Positions 1-11,968 of a DNA stretch of 64,000 nucleotides are shown here, in pieces. The stretch is from Basidiobolus meristosporus CBS 931.73 (taxonomy: Eukaryota; Fungi; Basidiobolomycota). Made by a program: the position numbers and the translations under genes. The notes below the pieces were generated by a model. That model was not told the origin of the DNA. It ran no database searches and worked only from the letters and a program-made list of their open reading frames with translations. Position 1 is the first letter of the stretch; every line of letters starts with the position of its first letter. Where the stretch lies: contig MCFE01000184.1 in NCBI GenBank assembly GCA_002104905.1, positions 62,001 through 126,000 on the forward strand, given 5' to 3'.

Positions 1-400
1 ATGAGTTTGGCCTCACCAATGCCCCTGCAACATTCATGACTCCAAATGACTGTCTTCCAGGAGTACTTAGACAAGTTTGTGATAATACACCTAGATGACA
101 TGTAGACATACAGCAAGCCAGAAGAGGATTGCATGGTGCACATTAAAAAGGTCTTTAAGAAGCTAAGAGAAAACAAACTATTTGGCAAGCTAGCCAAGTG
201 TGAGTTCTTTGGGGAACATGTTGAATATCTGGAACACATAGTGACTAGCACAGGAGTTACTTTAGACCCTAACAAGGTTGAAATTATCAAGAATCTGAAG
301 CAGCCCCATAGTATATCAGAGCTCAGATCATTCCTTGGAATGGTTTCCTATTATTGGATGCTTGTCAAGTCCTTTGCAAGTATTGTAGCCCCTTTACAAG
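1..400 (+). mobile_element. Degraded Ty3/gypsy reverse transcriptase fragment (internally deleted element, runs in from window start)
   Basis: FGLTNAPATF motif at the start, frameshifted ...HLDD... motif, ORF 133..441 with HIKKVFKKLRENKLFGKLAKCEF and ELRSFLGMVSYY; homology stops after APLQD at ~400. Confidence 0.85.
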
Positions 401-508
401 ACTTAGGGTTAGGGCTTGCAAGATTTGCTAATAATACTTAACCATTAAGATATTGGTATCACAAGAAAAGAGACTCAGGAGAACCCTCTCAACTTTAATA
501 GGGGAGAA

Positions 509-876
509 TGTCATGATCCACTGCTTGAATGTTTAAGTTAGATCAGCTTTTAGTCAAATCAATTAGTTATATGTTCAGCTTATGAGTCTATCAGTATTAT
601 CAATCAAATCAGTGGCATTAGTCAGCAAATGAATTAGCAGATCTTTATCAAACAGAAGTAGATATATTAGGCAGCATCTTATTGGGTGATGATGATACAA
701 TCAAATGAGTCATCAGCCACAGCCTACATTAAGTAATACAACTAGTCAGCAATTGATCTGGCAAAATGTATATAAGGAGCGGCTGGAACCTCAATAAAAT
801 CAGTTCAAGTTTTAGTGAATAAAATACTAGCTAAACTCCCTATTCCTCTACAACTCTTATACCAAGACTTGTAACA
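509..876 (+). repeat. Probable 3' LTR of the gypsy fragment at 1-400, preceded by a polypurine tract
   Basis: Purine run ATAGGGGAGAA (498-508) directly before TGTCATG; ends ...TTGTAACA; contains a TATAA-like box (~771) and AATAAA (~793); no partner LTR in the window. Confidence 0.6.
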
Positions 877-3002
877 CACTCACCAAGTAACTCCATTAAA
901 ATCCACTGGTCAATAAGTATTTCTGCTGCAATGCTCTATTTCCATTACTCTGTGGGTACCCAACAGCTTTACACCACTGCTTACTCACTGGTTCCCATAT
1001 GTCCTAGCCTTTAGCCAGCACTGAAAGGTCTAGCTCCTCATCTACCACTCTTTGCAATTAGTACTTGCAATATTCAAGAGTATTTTCTTGAGCGCTACTT
1101 CTGAAAAAGTGCTACAACCTCTTGGCATGCCATTAGTGTTCCAAAATCTCACTGAGGGCTTTGTGATTGCCTCTTGAGTACTTAACATTGTTGCTTGGTC
1201 TGTTAGCTGGATCTTCAATTTGTCAACAATGCAGGAAGTAGGGGCTGTGGTAGACCAATGCCTTGCTCTGCATACTTATCTACCTCACTGGATTGCAGCT
1301 CAACTGTCTGTGCTTTCAACTCTTGTGAAAACAGTTGTTTTCTTGTTAGCAATTCTTCTTGCTATGATGGAACTTAGTCTGTTCCAGGCTTACCATGTTA
1401 ACTGGCAAGTACCACATCATTTTTCTCATGCATCCCTGTCTCTGGTTGGATAGACTTTTTTGCCTTTACCTTTTCCTTTATCACTGCCAGGTCTTTCACT
1501 ACTACTTTGTCTGAGTGCATCTTGAATTGAGCTATGTTTACTCCTTGATAAATACCTATGAAAAATAATTTGGTCCTGCAGGTTAAAACAATCCAGATGA
1601 GCCATCAAGATCTTGTCAGGAGAGTGCAATACTACCAATAGCTTGGAATTAATGACAATCTACACAATCTTATGACAGGATTACAACAGCATTTGGCTCA
1701 TTTAACAGCCAATTAAACTTACAAAACATCATGATGTTTGTATAGTGCTTTGCTGAGGGTGACATGGCATTGTTATGGTCTTGGTGCACTCTACAACAAC
1801 TTGAGTGGATCTAATCTGCCAGTATATCTAATTGCCCAATATAGCAAAAACTTAATGATGTCTTGATGGCCTCTTAGCAGGCCTCTGATGGTAATAAATT
1901 GGCAGTATGGCTGACTATAGCCAGTTCTGTATAATGTTACCATGCCAATTTACCAAATGGTATTTCCTTTTTCTACCTCCCCTTGGCCAATTTATATATA
2001 CCACTATAGTAGAACCCCTCTTTATTTGCTTACCCACTACTACCTTGGGTATTCCACATATAGCTCAAATAAAAAAAACTATGGCCTCCAGCTTACTAAC
2101 CTCTACAAACGCACGCATCTGCTGCAATTGACATACTTCTATTGCCACAACTTTACATCTTTGTAGTATGATACTTGTAAAGTTGCTGTATACCTTGTAC
2201 TGCTGGTGACATATACATCTTGCAAACATATGCATGGCTGTCACCACTTCTGCCATGAATACCTCCTGAATATCTGCAGATATCTTATTGGTATTTAGCC
2301 AATATACTCCTTTTCCCTGCTGGATTCTAGTCCCCCTAATAGGTGTGCTCTGGCTCTTGTTTGTATGAATTCTGTATTGAATTGTGTAGAAATGGGCTTG
2401 TGACCATTGGAAATCTGGCATACCTTGGCATTTTGATATGAACTGGAGTCCTCTATCAGATATAATGTCACTTGGGATAAAATGGAGCCGGAAAATGTTC
2501 TTGATTACTAGGTGGGCAGTCTCCTTGGTGTCTATATTCTTGGAGCAGGGAATGAAGTGAGCCATCTTTGTGAGTCTATCTGCCACTACCAGGACTGAGT
2601 GGAATTGGTTGGATTCTAGGAGGTTGGTTATGAAGTCCTTTGAAATTGACTTTCATTGCTGGTCAGGAATTGGCAAGGGTTGAAGTAGTCCATATGGCTG
2701 GTGTCTGGCAGATTTTGCACATTTACATGTGTCACAGAATTTGAGGTACTCCTTGACAAGGGATATCATCTTGGGCCACCAGAGTCTCTCTTGATTGCAT
2801 TCATAGTTTTGGCAGTACCAAAATGTCCTGCAGCTATTGCATCATGGCAATGATGGATGATATCTAACTGGATATCAAGGTCTGGGAAAAATAGTTGGTG
2901 CCATTGGTAGATGATGTCATTGACTAGATTTAGGTGCTGGTGGTTTGGGAACTTGGATGGTGGGTCAGTGGGAGACATGAAGTATTTCTTGACTGTTGCC
3001 GC

Positions 3003-3805
3003 TGTGGTAGGGTAAACATACCTCCCACAGACAAGTTTATTCATATAGCCATTATGATATACTTATCCATATTTTATCTTATCAGTATTATCCCATTCTT
3101 CTTTTGCCCATATTTTCAGTATTATCCCCATATAATGTTTACCCTGATTAGTTATTAGCATTAGTTATCCCAGATGTTATTCAGCTTTGTGATCAGTATA
3201 TCTATCTACCTAAGGCAAGTACCCTTGTCAGTACCTGTGACACATGACCTAGGTCTGTGTTACCATCCCTACCATTTCAATACTGTATATGGTATTTCTA
3301 TGTTGCACAGGTTTCAGACTACTGATTCCTGATTGGATGAATGTGCTGTGCCTTTTAGAGCCTTCCAGGACATTCTTGGCATATTTTTAGCTCATAGTGA
3401 TGTCATCAAGAATTCCACTGATACCTAGAATCTTCTAGAACCTTGTCATTAGTAACCACTTGGCAATCAGGAAAAGTATTTAAGGGAAAGCAATCCCTCA
3501 TCAATAAATGATCCCTTCTATCAGTAACACTTTACCTTATTGATTAGCAGTTGATCACTGCACCTGCCTTCAACAGTACATCTTGGACCTGCCATCAAGG
3601 AGCTTTTCAGGGTAGTGCACAAGACACACAGAGGCCTTTGGAGACACTTGGAGCATCTAGGAGGCTAGAGAAGCAGGAGCTTTTACCATAGTGACATACT
3701 GGCAAACACACCAGCAGTTTAGACACAGAGGTTATTGCACTCATCAGACACCTCATACACCTTGAGTTGTGTAGCTTCTCCCAGGAGTACCTCTACACCA
3801 CCACA
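3003..3805 (+). mobile_element. Solo LTR (803 bp) inserted in the gypsy pol
   Basis: Starts TGTGGTAGGG, ends TACACCACCACA; flanks CCGC (2999-3002) and CCAC (3806-3809) differ only by a CpG>CpA change; gypsy pol reading resumes across it; homologous to 6084-7154 in opposite orientation; TATTTAA/AATAAA at ~3478-3508. Confidence 0.8.
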
Positions 3806-4989
3806 CCACTGTGGAGTTGGTGGCTTAGCTGGTCTTGACTTTCTCAGGGAGGAAAGGAGCTATATTACTGGAGGACTAGGTTGCAAGGAGCTCAAAATGT
3901 CTTTTGTTGGGTACAGGGTTTTTCATTTACCTACAGGCATTGTCCCCTTCTTCAAGGGAATATTCCACCTTTCTGGACATGGCATTGGGTTTTCCTTTTT
4001 TTACACCTGGTCTATAGGTAATGACAAAGTCAAAGCTAGACAGAAAGAGGGACCATCTGGCTTGTCTCTGGTTTAGTACTCTGAGGTGGTAAAGTACTCA
4101 AGATTTTTGTGGTCACAGCAGATCTTTATCTTTTGAGCTGCACCATTAAGATAGTGTCTCCATTGTTCAAAGGCAACAATAATTGCAAATAGCTCCTTGT
4201 TATAGATATCATAATTTACTTCAGCTGGAGTGAATTTTCAAGCATAGAATGCAATAGTGTGTAGCACATTCTTGTCATAATACTGGGAAAGGACGGCACC
4301 AAGGGCAAAGTCAGAGGCATTGGTTTCTATGATGAAAGGTCTCTTAAGGTCAGGGCGGGCATGCAGTTTGGTGCACAAGAAGAATTTCTTGATAGAATCA
4401 AAGGACTTGCACTGTTCCTTATTCCAGGCAAAGGGCAGATTGTCTGGGTGAGCTTTGCCAAGGGAGTGACTATCTTGGAGTAGTTGGCAATGAATCTACA
4501 GTAGAAGTTGGCAAATCCAAGGAAGTATTGGACTCCTTTTACAGAACAGGGAGTTCTCCAGGATTGGATGGCTTCTACTTTCTTGGCAACCATTCTTGCT
4601 CCATATGAGCTTATACAATAACCTAGGAACTCAACTTCTTTCTGGTCAAATTCACATTTTTCCAGTTTGGCATAGAGGCTAGCAGTGTCAAGCATGTTCA
4701 AGACTTTCTTCACATGGGAATTATGTTCTTCTTAAGTCTTGGAGTAGATCAGAATATCATCAAGGTAGATGACCACAAATTGATCAAGGTACTCATGGAA
4801 TATATCATTCATCAGGTGTTGAAAGACAACTGGGGCATTGGTGTATCCAAATGGCAAGCTCTATACTCAAAGTGACCATATCTTGCTCTGAAGGCAGTCT
4901 TCCATTCATCACCAGGCTTGATCATGACAAGGTTGTAAGCTCCTCTGAGGTCAATTTTAGTAAATACTTTGGCAGCACAGAGTTGATCC

Positions 4990-5338
4990 TGTTGTAAAAA
5001 TTTGTATTTCCACCTAAATAATCACCTAACTTAGTAACTTAGATCATCACCTTCAAATCCTAGAGAATACTGACCAAATTTGTTGTCGGAATTTACTTAG
5101 AATATTTTCACCAAAATGCCAGGTACCCAAATCATGAAAATTCTCAAAGTTGTCCAAACAGCCCCAAACTTTGCACACATGTTCTTGAGACCTTCCTTAA
5201 CCTATTCTACATGTTTGTAATGCCAAGACCATCTGAAAGTATAAATACTACTTTTACATTCAATAAATCATTAAGTGAAAACCACATAATCTACTTGTTC
5301 TCCCAATCACTTCCAATATCTCCAAGACTCTTACAACA
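4990..5338 (+). repeat. Copia 5' LTR
   Basis: TGTTGT...ACAACA, 349 bp, aligns without gaps to 9701-10049; followed by the PBS. Confidence 0.97.
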
Positions 5339-5350
5339 GGTTATGAGCCC
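5339..5350 (+). promoter_or_regulatory. Primer-binding site complementary to the anticodon stem-loop of initiator tRNA-Met (Ty5/Drosophila copia-type half-tRNA priming)
   Basis: GGTTATGAGCCC abuts the LTR end; it is the reverse complement of GGGCUCAUAACC in tRNA-iMet; its ATG (5343) is in frame with gag. Confidence 0.88.
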
Positions 5351-6083
5351 CAAGCAGTCACTCTCGGCAATGCCTACTACTGCTATTACTGGAATTTTTC
5401 CCTCTGCTGAAAAGTTGGATGGCTCTAACTACCAAGTGTGGAAGGTGAAGATGAAGATGCTGCTACAAGAAAGAGGCCTTTGGGATATTGTCATGGGAGA
5501 AGAATGCCCTCCTAAAAACGTGGGAGAGGAAGCCTTAAAGTACCAGAAGAAAGAACAAAGTGCCTTCAACTGCATTTGCCTTAATGTTAAGGACAAATTG
5601 CTAATTCAATGCTCAAGAGCAAAAATGGCAAAGAATGCCTGGAAAGCATTAGAAGACACCTACCAGTCATGTTCAGCTGCCAAGAAAATGTATCTGAGAC
5701 AAAAATTCCTTACTACAAAGATGCTACCAGGAGAAGAAATGCAAAATCTAATTAACAGAATTACCCTGCTGGTAGATGAGATGGAATTTGTGGGCGTACC
5801 AACTACTGATGAGGATGTGATAGTTACCATCCTGAATAGCCTGACAGACAAGTTTCAGGGCCTTGTATCAGCTTTAGAGTCCAGAACTGAAGATTTGACC
5901 TTAAATTACGTATATGGAAGGCTCCTGGATGAAGAATTAAGAAAATCAAGCGCCAATAAGAAGGAAGAAGAAAATGCTTTAATAATCAATGATAACCAAT
6001 AAAGGAGGTACCCAAGACCCTACAAAGGCAACAGCAACCTATTTTGCAACTATTGCAAAAGGAAAGGATACACATCAGACCGG

Positions 6084-7154
6084 TGTGGTGGTGTATAAGT
6101 CCAAGGGAGATATATGTCCAACACTTCTCAAGTGTTTAGTGTGTGGGGTGTTCACTGGGTGCAATAACCTCTGGCAAAAGCTTGCTAAGAATACTTCGGT
6201 TCTGTCTCTAATCTAATGTGAAGGGGAATAAAGCCACAAGCTTGTCAAGGGAAAACTATTGAGCTACAATCCCCAACTAAGTTGGCGTCTTAACAAAAGT
6301 ATGTGCTGGGTTCAGCGTCCTTTGAGATGACAATGTACTAAAGCTTCCAAAGTCAAAACAACTGTAAACTCCACCAGCAGGGACTTGATAAGAATGCAGC
6401 TGTGGTCAATAGTTACAAAGACAGAAAAGTATCTTTGCCTGTACAAGAACAAACTTGGGAAAGAATCAAATATAATAAAAGATACCTACTCTGAGTATTC
6501 CTCACAAGTAGTGCCTCCAAGGTCAGTTGGCTGTCAGCGCGGTTTCCTGGGAGTGTCCTGTGGTCTGGGGTTGGAAGTTCAGGTAGCAGCAGGTAGCAGT
6601 GATCACACTAATCAACAAGTCAGTATATTGATAAAAGGGATGATGATTTATTGTTGAGGGATAGCCTCCCTTATATACTTTTCTCACTGGCTAAGTGATT
6701 ACTAATCATGGTGTTCCAGAAGGTTCCGGAGATCAATAGAAATCTTAATGACATCAGAATGACCTAAGAATGTTCTAAGTAGGTGCCGGAAGGTTCTAAG
6801 AGGCACAGCACATCCAACCAATCAGGAATCAGTATTCTGAAACCTGTGTAACATGGGGATACCATATATGGTATGGAAATGGTAGGGATGGTGACACGGA
6901 CTGATCATGTGTCACGGGTACTGGCGCGGGTACTTGCCTAATATAGAAGTACTTATAGCTAGTAATCTTACTTAAAGTGAGGGGTAACTTATGCAATAAG
7001 GTAAGCAGGTGTGATAGTCAACCGGCTTATGGGATAGTACTGATTGGGTAAGACAAATGGGATAAAACTGAAATAAGTGTAGTAGAGATATAGGGAAGTA
7101 GAAAATAAGGGAATGAGCACATCTGTCAGTGGGTGTCACTGTCACCCCACTACA
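6084..7154 (-). mobile_element. Solo LTR-like element (1071 bp) inserted in the copia gag zinc knuckle
   Basis: Ends TGTGGTGG / CCACTACA are near-perfect inverted termini; 4-bp TSD CCGG (6080-6083, 7155-7158); removal restores FCNYCKRKGYTSDRC|LKKRDY. Confidence 0.9.
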
Positions 7155-9700
7155 CCGGTGTCTCAAAAAGAGAGATTATCAGCAAAAAAAGCCTGAATAC
7201 GGAAATGCTGCAACAACTGAAGATAGACTATTCATATCTGCACTAAATATGACCACAAACAAGGATTCTCAGATGTGGTATGTTGACTCTGGAGCTTCTC
7301 AAGACTTAACACACCAAAAAGAACTTTTTACCCAATATCAAGAAATTCCAATTAAGAAGGTTTTCATGGGTGACAATAGAACACTTGATGCAGTGGGTGA
7401 AGGAACTATCCAAGTAAACCTAAGAAGCAGTGAAGCAAGCCATACACTGACCTTTAAAGAAGTACTCTATGTACTAGAAATAGCCAAGAACCTACTCTCT
7501 GTAAGCAAGGCCACAGCAGAAGGACTCAGTTTCAGTTTTGACAATTCTGGATGCAGGATCACTGATCAAAATGGTGCCCATATTGCTTCAGGCATCAGAG
7601 ATCAGAATCTATACAAGTGGACTTATATTCCATCATATTTGGAAGCCAATATAAGTAACTTAAATGAAGAAACACCAATGCTTTGGCACAGGAGATTTGG
7701 GCACATCAATTTTGATTATTTGCGCAAAATGATCTAAGATCAGCTAATTTCTGGAGTGAAAATTGATCCCCCAGCTAATTTGGAGCACTGTGAAGCCTGC
7801 ATATATGGGAAACAAGCCAGACAATCATTCAAGAGCTCTGGGTTAATCAAAACCAAGAAAAAACTAGATTTAATTCACTCAGATCTGTGTGGACCTATAC
7901 AAAATTTATTCTTAGGTGGGATGAATTATTTAATCACCTTTATTGATGATTATACAAGATACACATGAGTCTACTTCATGGAGAGAAAGGAAGAAGCTCT
8001 GTCTAAGTTCTGGGAGTTTAAAGCCATGGTGGAGAGAGAAACTGGTGAAAAAATCAAGAAAATACTCTCAGACAATGGTGGAGCATACATCTCAAAACTC
8101 TTCACCCACTTCTGCAAAATTCATGGGATAAAGCAAGAGACTACTGTACCATGCTCCCCACAGCAAAATGAAGTAGCAGAACAAGCTAACAGATCAATAA
8201 TTGATATGGCAAGATCTATGATCCATGATCAAAAATTATCTTATGATATTTGGGCGGAATCAGTTGCCACTGCTGTATACCTTAAAAATAGGAGTTATAA
8301 CAGAATATTTTGTGATTCTACTCCATCTGAAGCATGGTATGGATACAGACCAAGTGCAGAACATCTAAGAATATCTGGGTGTACAGCATATGCCAAAAAA
8401 CTGGCTGGAAATCAGTCAAAATTTGAGCCAAAAAGTGTAAAATGCATATTTTTGGGCTACTGCAATGAGAGTAAGGCATACAGACTCTACAATACCAAAG
8501 CAAGGAAGCTGATCAAGTCCAGGGATGTGTTGTTTGATGACAATTCAAAAATTTCACAAAACATGACATCAGATGATGACAAAAATCTAATCTTAAGTCC
8601 ACCATTTGTCAGGATTGAATCAGAGCAAAACAATGAAAATTTTTTCACTCCAGAGAACTCTACAACTGTGGTTCAGCCAGAATAAGTGCCCAGGAATATC
8701 CCAGAAGTGATCATTCCTGTATCAAATGCCTGGAGATCCAATTGGACAAGAAATAACCCAAATTACTATATCAATGAGTGTACAAACTTAGCCTATGCCT
8801 ATTCAGTCCATGTTGATGACCCCAGACTGTAAAAGAGGCCCTAAATAGCCCTCAGACAAAGTTTTGGAGATCTGCAATGACTGAGGAATATCAGGCCTTA
8901 ATGGAAAATCAAACTTGGGACTTGGTCAAATTACCAATCAACAAAAAATCAACTGGATGCAGATGGGTCTTCAAGACAAAATACAAGGCTGATGGTACAA
9001 TTGAAAGATACAAAGCAAGACTTGTAGCCAAAGGATACTCTCAAACAAAAGGACTTGACTATACTGAGACCTTTGCACCGGTAGCCAAGTTTAATTCCAT
9101 CAGATTAATATTGGCTATTGCAGCCAAATATAAGTTTTTTATTCATCAAATGGATGTAAAAACTGCATTTTTGAATGGAGAACTTGATGAGGACGTGTAT
9201 ATGGACCAGCCTGATGGGTTTACTGACCAAGATAACCCCCATTTGGTCTGCAAGCTTAAAAAGTCACTATATGGTCTCAAAAAATCACCAAGAGCCTGGA
9301 ATTGCAAGATAGATTCTTAATTGGAATCTTTGAGTTTCAAAAGAAGTAATGCTAACTATAGTATATACTATAAGCCAGATAGAGCAAAACCAGTTTTATT
9401 AGCTTTTTCTCTTTTTACAGATTTAGGCCTATGTCAAAAAACGCCTATTACTTTATTTCAAGATAATCAAGGATGTATACAATCAGGTAGAAATCCAACT
9501 TTTCATGCTAGAACCAAGCACATAGATATTAGACATCATTTCATACGTGAAGCTATAGAGAATAACTTAGTTAGCTTAGTTTACTGTCCTACAGATGAAA
9601 TGATTGCAGACATATTTACCAAACCATTAGCTAGAGACAAGTTTGAATATCTTAGGTCAAAATTAGGACTAGTCAGTATGAACATATAGCTGAGTGGGAG

Positions 9701-10049
9701 TGTTGTAAAAATTTGTAATTCCACCTAAATATTCACCTAACTTAGTCACTTAGATCATCACCTTCAAATCCTAGAGAATACTGACCAAATTCCTTGTCAG
9801 GATTTACTTAAAATATTTTCACCAAAATACCAGGTACCCAGAACATGAAAATTCTTAAAGTTGTCCAAACGGCCCCAAACTTTGCACACATGTTCTTGGG
9901 ACCTTCCTTAACCTATTCTATGTGTTTGTAGTGCCAAGACCATGTAAAAGTTTAAATACTACTTGTACATTCAATAAATCATTAAGTGAAAACCACATAA
10001 TCTACTTGTTCTCCCAATCACTTCCAATATCTCCAAGACTCTTACGACA
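9701..10049 (+). repeat. Copia 3' LTR
   Basis: TGTTGT...ACGACA, 349 bp; about 22 substitutions versus the 5' LTR by manual count (~94% identity); preceded by the PPT. Confidence 0.97.
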
Positions 10050-11968
10050 GATCCAACAGGGTGTTGATTAGGGGCAAAGGGTACTGGTTCTTGATGTGAT
10101 CTTATTCAGTGCACAGTAGTCTACACACATTCTTAGGGTACCATCCTTTTTTTGTGAAAAAGAGGATTGCGGCACCAGCCAAGGACTTAGAGTGCTGAAT
10201 AAAATCTTTCTGGAAGTTTTCTTGGATTTAACTGTGGAGTTCTTTCAACTCAGGTTGCAAGAGGTGGTAGATAGGGCCAAAAGGTGGTGTTTTTCCATCT
10301 TCAAGGTCAATGGGAAAATCATATGGTGTATTTGCTGGGAGTAGTTTTGCTTTGTTCTTATCAATGACATGGGCAAACTCTTGATACCTGGCAGGTATTC
10401 CATTGGAGGGGCTTCCTTTGATGATGATGGGCTCCTGGGTCTGGAGTAGCTTGGGAAAAGATACTTCTTCACCTGAGAAGTCAAGTGCTTTCACAAAGTT
10501 GACCTGATGGACTCTGGGGAATGTCAGGGTTTGGTCTTCAAGTTGATAGCTGGGTTATGGTGACTAAGCCATGAGCTTCCAAGGACTATGGGGCTGTGGG
10601 GAGAGTTGATGATGTCAAAGGCTATTGTCTCATGGTGACCAGTACTGGACAGCTGGAGTAGACATGTCTCATTGGTAATGGCACAAGAGGAAACAGATCT
10701 TCCATCAATAACATCTATTTGGACAGGAAAGGATTTCAGGATATTGGGGATTTTGTGCTTCTGGACAAAGGACTGGTCAATGAAACAGGAGGAAGCACCA
10801 GAATCTATGAGGGCAAGGACATGGACAGGACTGAATTCAGGGATATGGATGTTGATAGGCATTCTTAAGGACTGGATGGACTTGCTAGCATATGATGCTT
10901 CTTGGATGTGTTGAATTTTCATTGGAAGGTCCAGTTGCAAGCCTGTCATTATAACTGGACACTGGAGCTTCCCAAAAGTTCTGGAGAAGGCTGTTCACTG
11001 GATGATTGCAGGAGTTTGAAGCTGGACTTCTTGTTGGGACAAGACTTGGCAAAGTGGCCTGGTTGGCCACAGTAAAGGCAGAGGTTTGCCTGTTGATATT
11101 GGGATCTTTCTTCTTTTGTAAGTTTCTTGTATTTGGCACTGTCAATTTGCATAGGGTCATCAGGCTTAGTACTGGGTGACTGAATTACTAGGAAAGAGCT
11201 TGGCTGATAAGTATGTTGGAACTTTTGTTTCTTCTGGAGAAGGCAATTGTCACATTTTATTGCTTGATATCTAGCTTTACCCAAGGTAGTTGGGTCAGGG
11301 AGTGTGAGTAGTAGGTCACTGACTTCATCCTTGAGTCCATCTTGAAACTGACTAATTAGGGCAGCATCACCCAAAGGCTCAAGTCACTGGCTTGTAGCCA
11401 GAATTCAGAAGCATAGGCAGATGCAAGTCTGTTTCCATGCTTCAAGCTCTTGATCTTGTTGGCAGCAGTTCTGGCCTGGTCAATGTTGCCACATGTTAGC
11501 TCCATATCTGTGAAAAAGGCATGGTAGTCACAGAGTAGAGGGGAGTTGGTTTCCACCAAAGGGGAGAGCCATTTCAGGGCAGTTCCAGTGAGCAGGTTAG
11601 AGATATAACAAACTTTTGCTTGATCTGTTGGGAGCCAATTGGGTTGTAGCAACAAGTGGTGTTTGACTATGTTGATGAGACCTGGGAACTCATTTTGGGA
11701 GCCACTGAACTTGGTAGTGGAAGTGAACTTGGTATCATGGTAGGAGGGAGTATGGATATACTGTTGAGTATTTTGGCTCTGAAGCTGAGCAACAGTGTTT
11801 CTGAGATCTACATTGTCTTGTTGCAGCTGGGCAAAGGCAGCCATGACACTTGCAAAGTTGTACTCTGGACTGGACATGTTGGGGTAGCAGGAGGTGGAGA
11901 GGTCTTTTGAGCTTGTTCAGGAATACTGGATACTACTGGCTAATATGTTGGTTATAAAGCCACTAATT

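Larger units (their letters stand above)
4990..10049 (+). mobile_element. Structurally complete but defective Ty1/copia retrotransposon nested in the gypsy RT
   Basis: Two 349-bp LTRs, 5-bp TSD GATCC (4985-4989, 10050-10054), PBS GGTTATGAGCCC, PPT TGAGTGGGAG (9691-9700); gag (LDGSNYQVWKVKMKMLL), protease (WYVDSGAS), GAG-pre-integrase (LWHRRFGH), integrase (HSDLCGP, FIDDYTR, SDNGG), RT (YKARLVAKG, HQMDVKTAFLNG), RNase H (DNQGCI, HARTKHIDIRHHFIRE); in-frame stops at 6000, 7735, 7966, 8683, 9318. Confidence 0.97.

Noticed and set aside
403-414. TTAGGGTTAGGG at the point where gypsy RT homology stops (possible telomere-healing scar)
   Set aside because: Only two units, with retroelement sequence continuing to a PPT and LTR; chance or an internal-deletion junction is as likely
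877-1677. Possible minus-strand gag/protease remnant (ORF 1426..1638, ILID-like motif near 915)
   Set aside because: Too decayed; no intact CCHC or DSG motif could be read, so it was not called
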